The translations under genes and the position numbers were made by a program. A DNA stretch of 64,000 bases from an uncultured Alphaproteobacteria bacterium (GTDB lineage: Bacteria > Pseudomonadota > Alphaproteobacteria > Rhizobiales > Xanthobacteraceae): assembly GCA_963745785.1 (NCBI GenBank), contig CAVUYV010000054.1, positions 53,672 through 117,671 of the forward strand. Reading direction: 5' to 3'. How positions within the stretch are numbered: position 1 is the stretch's first letter; the number at the start of each line of letters is the position of its first letter. The notes below the pieces were generated by a model. It was given only the letters and a program-made list of their open reading frames with translations. It did no database searches and was not told the origin of the DNA. Below are positions 52,518 through 61,297 of the stretch, piece by piece.

Positions 52518-52609
52518 CCACTCCATCCGCCATCAAAGACAGTTAACTTATTGGTATTTCTCAATTAAAATAGCCAACTACTCCGGCAGTCCCCAAATTA
52601 GTCCCCAAA
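52518..52609 (+). mobile_element. att-like island boundary (tRNA-Ser 3'-end-like core plus arm-like repeats)
   Basis: CCACTCCATCCGCCA, AT-rich spacer, AGTCCCCAAA x2; lower-GC fragmentary DNA follows. Confidence 0.6.
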
Positions 52610-52787
52610 GTCGTCATCAGAAACCCGAAGATTGACTTTGCTAGGACCGCGGTCAAAAGTCGCAGAGGGAGTTACACAAAAGGGGGGCCGTCACCGCCGC
52701 GCGGACTTCATTGAAAGGCCCGCGAGATTGAAGCGGACGAAAAGCATTCGGCTGCGGACAAATTGAGCCACACAAGGGGACTGACAA

Positions 52788-53012
52788 ATGAGCGATCCAA
52801 TCGAAGTCTGGATTGCGATGAATGAGTCAGGTGAGTACGAGGTCGGCCCCAATGAGGATGTCGCTATTGAACGCTTTGACGAATCGATAGGCGGTTCAAT
52901 GAGGAGGCTGGTTAGGCTTAAGGTGGTAATGGCCCCGCCGGATGTGACTGAGGTTAATGTAACCGTGCCAGATGAAGCCGGGCAAACCGTCAAAGTCGAA
53001 ACGGACTGGTGA
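52788..53012 (+). CDS. Small acidic hypothetical protein
   Basis: 74 aa, AAGGGGA RBS, ATG start. Confidence 0.55.
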   Translation: MSDPIEVWIAMNESGEYEVGPNEDVAIERFDESIGGSMRRLVRLKVVMAPPDVTEVNVTVPDEAGQTVKVETDW

Positions 53013-53310
53013 GAATAACCGTCGTCAGTCCAGACTCGATCCGCGATGCCCAACGCAACCGCCGAATTGTTCCTGCAGGGGGTTCGGGCACCGGCCTGCT
53101 TTAACCCTCCTTGGAATATTGGCATGCCGTCATTAGGCGCCGGCGGCTGGCACGGCTTGGTTTAGGTTAAATCACGCCCTCAAAGAACCACTGTTCGGAA
53201 TCGAAATCTCTTGGCTAACTTGAAGCCGCCCATTGATTTCAAACGAAATTATTTTCAAGCTTCCAGGCGAAACAGCGTGGCGCAAGCCCAACCGCTTGGT
53301 CACCGGGTAG

Positions 53311-53700
53311 TCACCAGGCAGCCCATAGCAATGCGCAACGCGCCCCGTGATATTGCCGCTTAGCCCGCCAGGCGGCGCAGCCATCCTGCCAGCTTCGCTG
53401 GTGCGGCGGGGCGCTCTGGGTGAGCAGTAACCTGTCAGCCTGACTGTTCAGGTGCTCGAGTTCGTTGCGGAGCAGCTCGCCCCATTTGTCGCAGATTGTC
53501 GATTTGCGTCTGCAGCAAGGCCGTTTCAGCCAGTAAGGCCGTTGCGTCTTGTTCGGTGGCTCGTCCCGGCCCCGTTCCAAGCGGAAAGACGCGGTGCAGT
53601 TCGGCGGGGTCGATCTGATAATCGCCAGTGTCTGTCCTGGTCGCTGAAACCCTGCCCGACTCGGCAAGCCGGCGCAAGCTATCGAACTGCACCTGCCTGA
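53311..53700 (-). pseudogene. HTH/coiled-coil DNA-binding protein remnant of mobile-element type
   Basis: SGRVSATRTDTGDYQIDPAELHRVFP followed by coiled-coil in shifted frame. Confidence 0.5.
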
Positions 53701-54084
53701 GTGTCTCTACAATGTCCGTTTCAATGTCCGTTGCGTCTTGTGAAACTGGCACGCCCGCTCCCATTGTTAGGTGAACTGCCCTGCAACGTGCCAAAACCAG
53801 TTTAACCGTTTCTTGCCCTCTCAGAACGCTCTAGGGCAGGCAGGGCAGCTGGTTAATAAATTATTGAGGGCGGTGGTGCCTCGCCCAACTACACCCGCAA
53901 TTGCTGCGGGTAAGCCGATTTAGCGCGAGTATTTCACTTACTGATCGCAAATCTGTCTGGCGCAGGAATGGTTCTCGGCCACATACTTGGATTCGTGAGT
54001 CCGACAAATCAAAGTGAGAGAAGCCACCAAAATCGCTACCTCCGCACCGGCCACGCTAAATAATGCTCAGGCCTTGAGCGCCAG

Positions 54085-54183
54085 CTACTGGGGAAGCGTT
54101 TTGGATTGCTGTTTTGGCACTGAAGTCATGCGAACCGCGGTCAAAAGCGAACCGATCAGCACCATTAGCAGATAGACCTTCAT
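54085..54183 (-). CDS. 32-aa small membrane or secreted peptide (not in ORF track)
   Basis: GGAGAAC RBS; MKVYLLMVLIGSLLTAVRMTSVPKQQSKTLPQ. Confidence 0.5.
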   Translation of the reverse strand: MKVYLLMVLIGSLLTAVRMTSVPKQQSKTLPQ

Positions 54184-54289
54184 GTCGTTCTCCGCTGCGC
54201 CTGCAGCTTTCATTCACAGCAATGCAAGAGACGCCCCAATCGTTTCCATGGCAGCCACGTGATAAAAAATGGTTAACTCCAGTGATTAT

Positions 54290-54490
54290 TTAACGAAATC
54301 CTTTCCGAGCTTCGCGGCGAGTGCGACGCATCCGTAGTCCAGAATATCCCCATAGTGGTCGTATCGGGCGACGTGGCGATTGTAGGTGTCCCACCGCATC
54401 CACTTCGGCTTCGGCGGCAAATCCTATTCGTCAGGATCGAGGTCCGCTATCAGTCTCGCTTTAATCTTGGCCTGTCCGCCATGCTCGGCT
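54290..54490 (-). pseudogene. Remnant of mobile-element hypothetical protein (PPKPKWMRW motif)
   Basis: QAKIKARLIADLDPDE*DLPPKPKWMRWDTYNR with in-frame TAG. Confidence 0.45.
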
Positions 54491-54683
54491 TGTCACATCA
54501 TTGAACTGCGATTGGTAAGGCGACGTGCCTGCCCATTATCCCGCGGCCGGCGGATGTCGGCGAGCGGGAGGCTTGCGCGGGTCTTGCAGCGGTTGCACGC
54601 GCGAAATATCTGCGAGCACGTAATCATGCCTCATGCGCTTACGCGCAGCGGTGTTGGCGCAACGCACCGTGGCTTTCGCGAGC

Positions 54684-54830
54684 CTAATCGCGTTTGAGCC
54701 CATGGGCGATGGCCAGTGCCACAGGGTCCGGGCGAGCAGTGTGAGACACGCTCGTCAACCCGGTATCCGAATAGACCTCGAAGGCGATGGTGATCAACGC
54801 CAATACAAAAATGACAACAACGGTTCTCAT
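54684..54830 (-). CDS. 48-aa small protein with N-terminal hydrophobic helix
   Basis: MRTVVVIFVLALITIAFEVY...; GGGA RBS. Confidence 0.45.
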   Translation of the reverse strand: MRTVVVIFVLALITIAFEVYSDTGLTSVSHTARPDPVALAIAHGLKRD

Positions 54831-54965
54831 GGTCCCGTCTGTCGCGGCCGAATACGCCGAATCGGTCAAACAAGCCGGCGAAAAACGGAAGTTTCATTTC
54901 GGAATATCGGCGCCATTTGTTGCGCACCGTTAAACGATGCCGTCGATGACGGTGACCCGAGGGTT

Positions 54966-54981
54966 TTAACAAAAAATTAAC
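54966..54981. promoter_or_regulatory. Perfect CtrA box
   Basis: TTAA-caaaaaa-TTAAC. Confidence 0.5.
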
Positions 54982-55039
54982 GCGCAGGCGGGGCCGGAGT
55001 TGGCGGCCTCCGCGCGGCGACAATGAGAATTAGATTGAA

Positions 55040-55402
55040 TTAGATTCGACCTCTACAAGTCTGGCGGTATCGACGACAATTCCCTTCGCCTTGTTCGCCC
55101 AACCGATCCTTGTTGAGGCAAGCTGCGCGCAGTTCGGCGCACACATCGCGTCGGACTGGCCTTTGGCAGGTTTCCCGGTATCTGCGACAATTTCCTTCGC
55201 CCTGCTCCCCTAGCCTGTCCTTGTTTTCGCAGGCAAGCCGCAATTCCTCGCATTGCCCCCCTCGGCCACGGCCCTCGTCTATTCGGACCCCGCCCGGCCC
55301 AATCTGAATAGATTGGGAAAAAGCCGACACCGGAATTACAAAAAGAGCCGTTGCCGCTGCGACGGCGAACACAAACCTGCGCATTCCCTTAAACATTAAC
55401 AT
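55040..55402 (-). CDS. Secreted small protein with two Cys-rich tandem repeats
   Basis: GGGAGG RBS, signal peptide, two copies of C-x6-C-x13-C-x6-C. Confidence 0.8.
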   Translation of the reverse strand: MLMFKGMRRFVFAVAAATALFVIPVSAFSQSIQIGPGGVRIDEGRGRGGQCEELRLACENKDRLGEQGEGNCRRYRETCQRPVRRDVCAELRAACLNKDRLGEQGEGNCRRYRQTCRGRI

Positions 55403-55520
55403 TACTGAAACCTCCCACAGCTAAATGCCGGTGTATCCGGCTTTAAAGAATGCTCATTCTGAGCGATTCTCGTCAAAGGGAGATGTCAAAACCCGGGATT
55501 GTTCCTCGCCAGCCGGGTGA

Positions 55521-55612
55521 TAACATCCCCTCCGCTTCCCGCCCGGAAGCGGTGTTTTCTACCTCAACTTAGCCCCCTTCCGGAATGCTATTCCGGACGG
55601 GGCTTTTCGTTT
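55521..55612 (+). ncRNA. Candidate sRNA
   Basis: CCGCTTCC..GGAAGCGG hairpin, pyrimidine-rich linker, terminator AGCCCC..TCCGGAAT-gct-ATTCCGGA..GGGGCTTTT. Confidence 0.4.
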
Positions 55613-56108
55613 AAATCTTGGCAGCATGCAGGGCATCGAGCGCGGCTTGAGGTCACTATCCCGATTTTGTGAACTTGCTTCATGTTAAGGGGCCAACGAC
55701 ACACTTGCTGGTTCCGACGAAGCCATTTTCCGATCATGGGGAAGACCTTCTGAAACAGTCCCCTTGTATTGTTTGGCCACGCCTAACCACGCTCGGCTAT
55801 CCGGGCGACACGGCAGAGGTGTGCCATGCGCGACGAATTTGCCTCCACGACTTTCTTGACGATAACCATTTTCGGCGTTGTCCTGCTTTGCGCGGGACTG
55901 ATGAGCCTGTTTTCGATTTAACAAGGCGGGCGGTGTGCTCGACGTCACCGCCCGCCCGTCCGAGTCGCCGACGTCACCCGGATCAATCAGGTGACAGGGA
56001 ACGTCAGCGGCAAACGACGCGATCTCTCCTATCGATCGCAGCCGGCGCGTTAACCACTATCACGCGAGTCCGTTGACGCCTCCCACGACATCAATACTCT
56101 GAACGTGC

Positions 56109-56203
56109 AGACGCCGCTCCTCGCCCCCCCAAGACAGCCGGCGTCTGTGAATTCAACATCTGAATGTTAGGCCGTCCCTGTTCTCCATCGGGGGCGGCCT
56201 TTC
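56109..56203 (+). ncRNA. Candidate sRNA (BjrC68-like by recollection)
   Basis: AGACGCCG-ctcctcgccccccc..-CGGCGTCT stem with C-rich loop, second GC stem ending CTTT. Confidence 0.4.
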
Positions 56204-56319
56204 ACCTGCGCGGCCAATGTCCGGATTGACGCCAGCGAACTGGCGAGCTTGCGCGGCCACGTCCGGGCCTCTTGCGCGGCGAATCCACCATCGCGCGCGT
56301 CCACAGTGCTTGTTATATT

Positions 56320-56529
56320 CGCCGGGAGCCCGACAAAGCTGAAGCCGTCTTCATTGGTGGCAACGGCCTTCGCGCCATTGGGGTGATAAATGCGTTGGAG
56401 GAAAGTCTAGGCCGTCCTGTTCTGACTGCAAACCAAGCCGCTTTTTGGTGCGCCCTGCGTCTCACCGGCACGCGAGCGCCTGTTACCAACTACGGACGTA
56501 TCTTCGAGCTTGATCTGCCGCGCCCGTAG
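56320..56529 (+). pseudogene. Maleate isomerase/arylmalonate decarboxylase family C-terminal remnant
   Basis: AEAVFIGGNGLRAIGVI.ALEE.LGRPVLTANQA.FW. Confidence 0.65.
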
Positions 56530-56648
56530 GGCGGGGAGTTCTTCAGTGACACAGGCGTCAGCGTCGAGGCCATTAGAAGGCCGTACAGCGGCGTCTTGGA
56601 TTGCATGGATTGTTCGACATCCTCCGAGCGCACCACTTCGGTCGGGTC

Positions 56649-56864
56649 TCACTTGCCTTTCGAGACCTGAAAAAAGCAGTAGCCTTGGACGCCGATGTCT
56701 TTAGGCGCGTCCGAGTGGAGCGGTGACTTTCCAGCGGGCATAAGGACCCAATCCTTGGCGTTAATGTGCGCCGGCAGGCGTGCACCGCGGGCCGTCGCTA
56801 AGCGCAGGGAAGGATCAGTCTTACCTCGATAGACGTCATAGGCGATTTTGACGGTTGCGTTCAT
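56649..56864 (-). CDS. Small hypothetical protein
   Basis: 71 aa YDVYRGK...LPAH...W...GYCFF. Confidence 0.5.
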   Translation of the reverse strand: MNATVKIAYDVYRGKTDPSLRLATARGARLPAHINAKDWVLMPAGKSPLHSDAPKDIGVQGYCFFQVSKGK

Positions 56865-57000
56865 CGGGCAACAATACCGGCGCACCGGTTCGCGGCCAAT
56901 CGACGTCAACACTTAACCTTAATGCCTCTCTGTCGAGACCGCAAAGAATGGGAGGGCCAGCACCGAGGCCGGTAGCGTGAGCTGACTTCCGGACTGTGCT

Positions 57001-57228
57001 TTAGTAGACGCGGCGATGCCGCTGAGCCGGCGCTTGCGCGCTCGCAAAATATGGATTGATGATGCACTGGGCGGCGCGGCCCGATGCCGACGCATTGCAC
57101 TGAGGCAGCGACGTGTAGCGGCATTCGTAATAGTTGGCTCCCCGGCCGTACACATGCAGGCAAACCGGATAAGCCGGATCGTACGTCTGGGCCCGAGCCG
57201 GTGCCGCTGTCAAAACCGTCGCGAGAAT
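57001..57228 (-). pseudogene. DUF3551 protein lacking start (fused to upstream remnant)
   Basis: YPVCL...ECRYTSLPQCNASASGRAAQCIINPY. Confidence 0.7.
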
Positions 57229-57665
57229 CCTGCAAGGAAAAGGAAAAGCCCGAATGCGATCCCGAGTTGAGATGACCGCGAGACATCGTACTTGACCTGT
57301 AGAGCGAAGATTAGCAGGACAAGGACAAAGACGCCATTGAGAGGATCCACTATGTCCATCACCGAGGAGACGGCGGAGTCGAAGGGCGTGCTGTTGTTGA
57401 AGTGTGAGGTCGTACCACGCGCTGCTTGCATGGTGATGCAGGTGATGCCGGTCAAAATGCAGATTGAGACTCCCCAGCCGATGACCTTCTTCCACCACAT
57501 CGATGCCCGGAGGTAATCCAGCAAAATCACCACGGTCGCGAGATACATAGCCATAGACATCGTAAAATTGAGCGGCTTGATCAGGCGGTAGCGCCCTCCC
57601 ACTTGCACGGTATCAAATGGCAAAAGAACGAGCAGGACGAGCATCAACAGCAGCTCAAGGTAGAT
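57229..57665 (-). pseudogene. Membrane protein internal remnant
   Basis: IKPLNF..S, QAARGTTSHFN motifs; truncated at both ends. Confidence 0.5.
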
Positions 57666-57686
57666 AGCCCAGACTTGCCCAAGCGA

Positions 57687-57702
57687 GTTTTCACACAGCC
57701 TG
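57687..57702. mobile_element. Solo IS1182-like terminal inverted repeat
   Basis: GTTTTCACACAGCCTG, identical to right end of MITE at 59838-59853, followed by GGTC. Confidence 0.65.
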
Positions 57703-57809
57703 GGTCATCAACGGACCTGACGGCCCCGAAATTCGACTTCCGCTTTGCCCCCAAAAGCAGACTCAAGTCGGACATCGCGCCATGTCCGTTTTGTGCCAAC
57801 AACGGAAGT
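57703..57809. repeat. Triple-palindrome element, copy A
   Basis: GGTCatcaaCGGA / TCCG-N15-CAGA / TCCG-N14-CGGA. Confidence 0.7.
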
Positions 57810-57969
57810 GCGCTTGTTCGATCATCTCGTCCCAACGGGCGAGTATCTTTCTGCGATGGTCATTCTGGCAGCCCGGCTTGCCGCAATCCTTCTTCGTATC
57901 GCGAGAGGTCTTCGGCATGCCGATAAGGGCCCAGCATCGTACGGGCTTACCGCGGGGCCAAATTAAAGG

Positions 57970-58015
57970 TTGACGAGATAGTACCTTATATGTAGTGTAC
58001 TAGTTAATGCATACA
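57970..58015 (+). promoter_or_regulatory. Sigma70 promoter with overlapping GntR(YtrA)-type operator; near-leaderless start
   Basis: TTGACG-N17-TAGTGT ending 8 nt before ATG; TGTA-N12-TACA spanning start codon. Confidence 0.6.
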
Positions 58016-58399
58016 GACTTACTGAAATCGCTTCGTCTGGATAATTCGGGCGTTCCTATCTACGTCCAGCTTCGAGAGCAGATCCTGCGGAATCTTGGCG
58101 CAGGCGTGCTGGCTCGCGGCGACCAGATGCCGACGATGCGGGAAGTAGCAGTTGCTCTGAAGATCGACCTCAATACGGTCCGACACGCTTACGATGAGCT
58201 CGAGCGGATGGGCGCCATTACGCTGGTTCGGGGCCGAGGCAGTTTTGTAGCCCAGCCTCCGCCCGCCATGGGTGTTCGTGCGCAAGCGGCGCAGATCGAC
58301 AGTCTCGCAAAACAGACTCTCGCCACGGCCGCCACAGTGGGCATCGATCCCGTTGCCGTGGCCGATCGGATAAAGGCCCTCGCAAAGCAGAAGGAATAG
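58007..58399 (+). CDS. GntR family regulator (YtrA subfamily)
   Basis: PIYVQL..QI, MPTMREVA..L.ID.NTV.HAY.ELE, RGRGSFV; short C-terminus. Confidence 0.9.
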   Translation: MHTDLLKSLRLDNSGVPIYVQLREQILRNLGAGVLARGDQMPTMREVAVALKIDLNTVRHAYDELERMGAITLVRGRGSFVAQPPPAMGVRAQAAQIDSLAKQTLATAATVGIDPVAVADRIKALAKQKE

Positions 58400-58404
58400 T
58401 CCTC

Positions 58405-59298
58405 ATGAGCAACTATTTTAAAGCAAACGGCGCCAACCGGCCCGCCATCGTACTTGCAGCGGTGGTGCTGGCATTCGCGGCGGCGGCCGCGTGGTTCGCT
58501 TACGACACCAGTTCACGCGGCGGCTATATTCTCGCCGTCGGCCTGGCGATTGTCGCATTCCTGATTCCGCAAGCCATCATGGTCGCGGATCAGTGGGAGC
58601 GCGCGGTCGTTCTTCGGTTGGGCAAGCTGTCCGCAATTCGCGGGCCTGGCTTGTTCGTGATCGTGCCGTTTATCGATGAAGTGGCCTCCTGGCTCGATCA
58701 ACGTATTCAGACCACCGAAATCAACGCTGAAAAGGCGCTGAGCAAAGATACCGTGCCGGTGAATATTGACGCGATCGTATTTTGGCAGATCCATGATCCC
58801 CAGCGCGCTGCGCTCGAGATTGCAAACTACCGTCAGGCGATCACCCAGGTCGCACAAACCTCACTTCGCGAAATGGTCGGGTCGTCATTGCTGTCGACGC
58901 TGTTGTCCGAGCGCAAGCAGGGCGATCAGCTTTTGCGCGAAGAAATCGGACGCAAGACCGCGGAATGGGGCGTGGCCGTGCTTTCGGTTGAAATCAGGGA
59001 CATTGGTGTACCGCCTGCATTGCAAGACGCGATGAGCCGACAGGCGCAGGCCGAGCGCGAGAGACTGGCGCGTGTCCTGCTCGGCCAAGCCGAACAGGAG
59101 ATAGCGCAAAAATTCGTAGAGGCGGCCGACATCTACGCTCGTAGTCCGGCTGCTCTGCAGCTGCGCGCCATGAATATCATCTATGAAACGACCAAGGAGC
59201 GCGGTGCCACAATTCTCATTCCGACAGCGATGGTTGACGCCATGAATCCCGGCGGTGCGATGGGTATCGTCGCCGCCGCGCGTCCGCTTCCGGCTTAA
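58405..59298 (+). CDS. SPFH/stomatin (slipin) family protein
   Basis: WERAVVLRLG, GPGLF, AQTSLRE, AMSRQAQAERE, ALQLR. Confidence 0.92.
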   Translation: MSNYFKANGANRPAIVLAAVVLAFAAAAAWFAYDTSSRGGYILAVGLAIVAFLIPQAIMVADQWERAVVLRLGKLSAIRGPGLFVIVPFIDEVASWLDQRIQTTEINAEKALSKDTVPVNIDAIVFWQIHDPQRAALEIANYRQAITQVAQTSLREMVGSSLLSTLLSERKQGDQLLREEIGRKTAEWGVAVLSVEIRDIGVPPALQDAMSRQAQAERERLARVLLGQAEQEIAQKFVEAADIYARSPAALQLRAMNIIYETTKERGATILIPTAMVDAMNPGGAMGIVAAARPLPA

Positions 59299-59382
59299 TT
59301 ATAGTGGCAAAGGATCGATCGCGCTGCTGCCGTGCCGAGTCCCGGAAGAGCGAGCCAATCACTTCGTCAAGGAGGCGCTGCA

Positions 59383-59640
59383 ATGAACACGACCTTCAGA
59401 ACAACGGGTTTAGCCCAGACGACCGGATCGACGCGGGACGTCTTCAGCCTCTTCAGGAGATATTGGGGTGCGTTTCAGGAACGGCGCAAAGAACGGCGCA
59501 AACGACAGAGGGAACGCGCCGAGTTGTACCGCCTGAACGACTGGGAGCTCATGGATATCGGCATGACGCGCGGTGAGATCGAATACGTCGTCTCGAATCG
59601 GTCCTTCGACCGCGAGGAGTCCGGTCCGCCGGTTCGATGA
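59383..59640 (+). CDS. DUF1127 small protein
   Basis: R-rich then ELYRLNDWELMDIGMTRGEI; AGGAGG RBS. Confidence 0.85.
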   Translation: MNTTFRTTGLAQTTGSTRDVFSLFRRYWGAFQERRKERRKRQRERAELYRLNDWELMDIGMTRGEIEYVVSNRSFDREESGPPVR

Positions 59641-59708
59641 CTGTCTGATCTGGCACTGCGTGGATGACCGGCATTGGACACGATCAGGCGCACCATTCCC
59701 CGGGGCCG

Positions 59709-59961
59709 ACTTCCGATATGGGTCCAGGCTGTGTAAAGTTTGTCTCGATTACATTGAATAAGAAAAGAACGCTCTGGCAGTCACCGCCGAAAGAAGAAAA
59801 GAGAGAAAACAATTCTGCGCATTCTCTGCTCGCGCCCGTTTTCACACAGCCTGGGTCAAAACCGGAAAAGCTCAACGCGAGCATATGTTTTCCGCTGTTC
59901 ACCCAACAACGGACATCGCCAAGATGCTTCGGAATGTCCGTTTCGTGCCAAAACCGGAAGT
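59709..59961. repeat. Triple-palindrome element, copy B (interrupted by MITE)
   Basis: TCCG-N14-CGGA (reconstituted), TCCG-N15-CGGA, TCCG-N14-CGGA at 46-bp spacing. Confidence 0.75.
59725..59853. mobile_element. 129-bp MITE with IS1182-like ends
   Basis: TIRs CAGGCTGTGT.../...ACACAGCCTG; GGTC duplicated on both sides. Confidence 0.75.
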
Positions 59962-60240
59962 GCCTAGCGAGTCAGAGTCTGGCCTTAAGATGATCCCAAT
60001 TCGGCCTCCCGTCGCGCTACCAAACCGTCAGCGTTTTCCAATGAACCATGGAAGCGGAAGAACGATGCCCTCAGCTCACTGATCGCGGTAACAACTGTGC
60101 GGTCGCTCATCAGCGGTCATGCATCAGCCTCGTTCGGGATAGGAGGTGCGTTGCCATGCCTGGTATGCGCCATTATGGCAGCATCGCCTGCTTGTTAGAC
60201 CGCACCGCTCGCAAGAAGACTTTTCTGCGACCCCTCAAGC

Positions 60241-61134
60241 TCAATTGAGTACGACGCGGTCACCAATCCGTACTGTTCCCGGCGCAGCGACAACGGCGTA
60301 TACCCCAGCGCAAGGGAACTGGCCAAGATCACCGACTTGCTCCCTATTGTGGCGAACGAGTGTCCGAAGAACATCCGTATCCTGGGGTAGACCGTCCTGA
60401 GCAAGCGTCGTCATTACACATCGGGGATCGAGTAGCGCCACGTTGAGCCGTGCCCCATCACCAAGCCCGAGCTTGTGACCGACCCAGCCGTTCTCGACGA
60501 ATCCAGGTCGCTCGGTCTTGACGATCACGTTCATGCGGAACCTGCGCTGGTCGAAGCGGCTCTGGGGCCGAACCTCGTCTAGCTGCGCGAGCGTCGACGT
60601 CGTCAGGACCGAGAGGGGAAACACATCGAAGAAAGAACCGACAGGAACCGGGGACTCCATTCCAAGCTCGGCAAAAAGAGCCGCTCCAAGCTTCGACGCG
60701 ACAACCGTGTCTCTGTTGCCCCCAGGGTCTGCGCCCTCTACGTCGGGGTGGTACTGGTCGATGGTGAAGTCATCCGGCGCCGCCCGCCCCAGCGTAACGT
60801 TGCGTTTGAAGTACGCTGACAGCACGCGGTCAACCTCACCGGAGTCGCTCCTTACGTTCGTGCCGTTCGGCAACAGAATTTGCACTGGTGGTAAATCGCT
60901 GCCCCGGCGTGGTGGCTCGACGAACGCTGCTTTGCAGTCGAGCAGGTTGGGGAAGAGTCTCACGCTCTTCGCGCTCACAACCTTGCCCGTGTCCTTGTCG
61001 ATGAGCGCATACGCACGGTCACCCAAGACTCCTCGTTCCGTCACCTCCACGTCGTGGAGTTGTTCGCCCCCCATGGACTTCACCGGAAACCTCCACAGCG
61101 TCGCTACGGAGCCTACGTCTTCACTGATCGTCAT
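60241..61134 (-). CDS. MOSC domain protein (MOSC_N + MOSC; YcbX/mARC-like)
   Basis: LWRFPVKSM, GDRAYAL, RRFRMN, PRCVMTT, GVYA.V..PG.VRIGD. Confidence 0.92.
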   Translation of the reverse strand: MTISEDVGSVATLWRFPVKSMGGEQLHDVEVTERGVLGDRAYALIDKDTGKVVSAKSVRLFPNLLDCKAAFVEPPRRGSDLPPVQILLPNGTNVRSDSGEVDRVLSAYFKRNVTLGRAAPDDFTIDQYHPDVEGADPGGNRDTVVASKLGAALFAELGMESPVPVGSFFDVFPLSVLTTSTLAQLDEVRPQSRFDQRRFRMNVIVKTERPGFVENGWVGHKLGLGDGARLNVALLDPRCVMTTLAQDGLPQDTDVLRTLVRHNREQVGDLGQFPCAGVYAVVAAPGTVRIGDRVVLN

Positions 61135-61297
61135 GTGTTCTTCCCAAAACGTTTCCGCGCTATCAGCTGGCCTTCCGAGACAATTCCGGTACCCAAACCT
61201 ATAGCCAAATCAGTGTTCGAAGATGGACGTGCGGAATTCACGAGCCGAAATGTTTCTTATCAGATGGTCTCGACGACGCCCGGCGAGCCGCCTCTTA

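Noticed and set aside
52440-52532. Complete tRNA gene at the island boundary
   Set aside because: Only a 15-nt 3'-end-like match; no GTTCGA T-loop or cloverleaf upstream
57694-59961. CRISPR array or classical integron attC interpretation of the palindromes
   Set aside because: Only three degenerate units per element, no identical repeats with unique spacers, no cas or intI gene, no RYYYAAC/GTTRRRY boxes
59664-60248. Short ORFs across the MITE and palindromic element
   Set aside because: Translations of repeat DNA with no coding features
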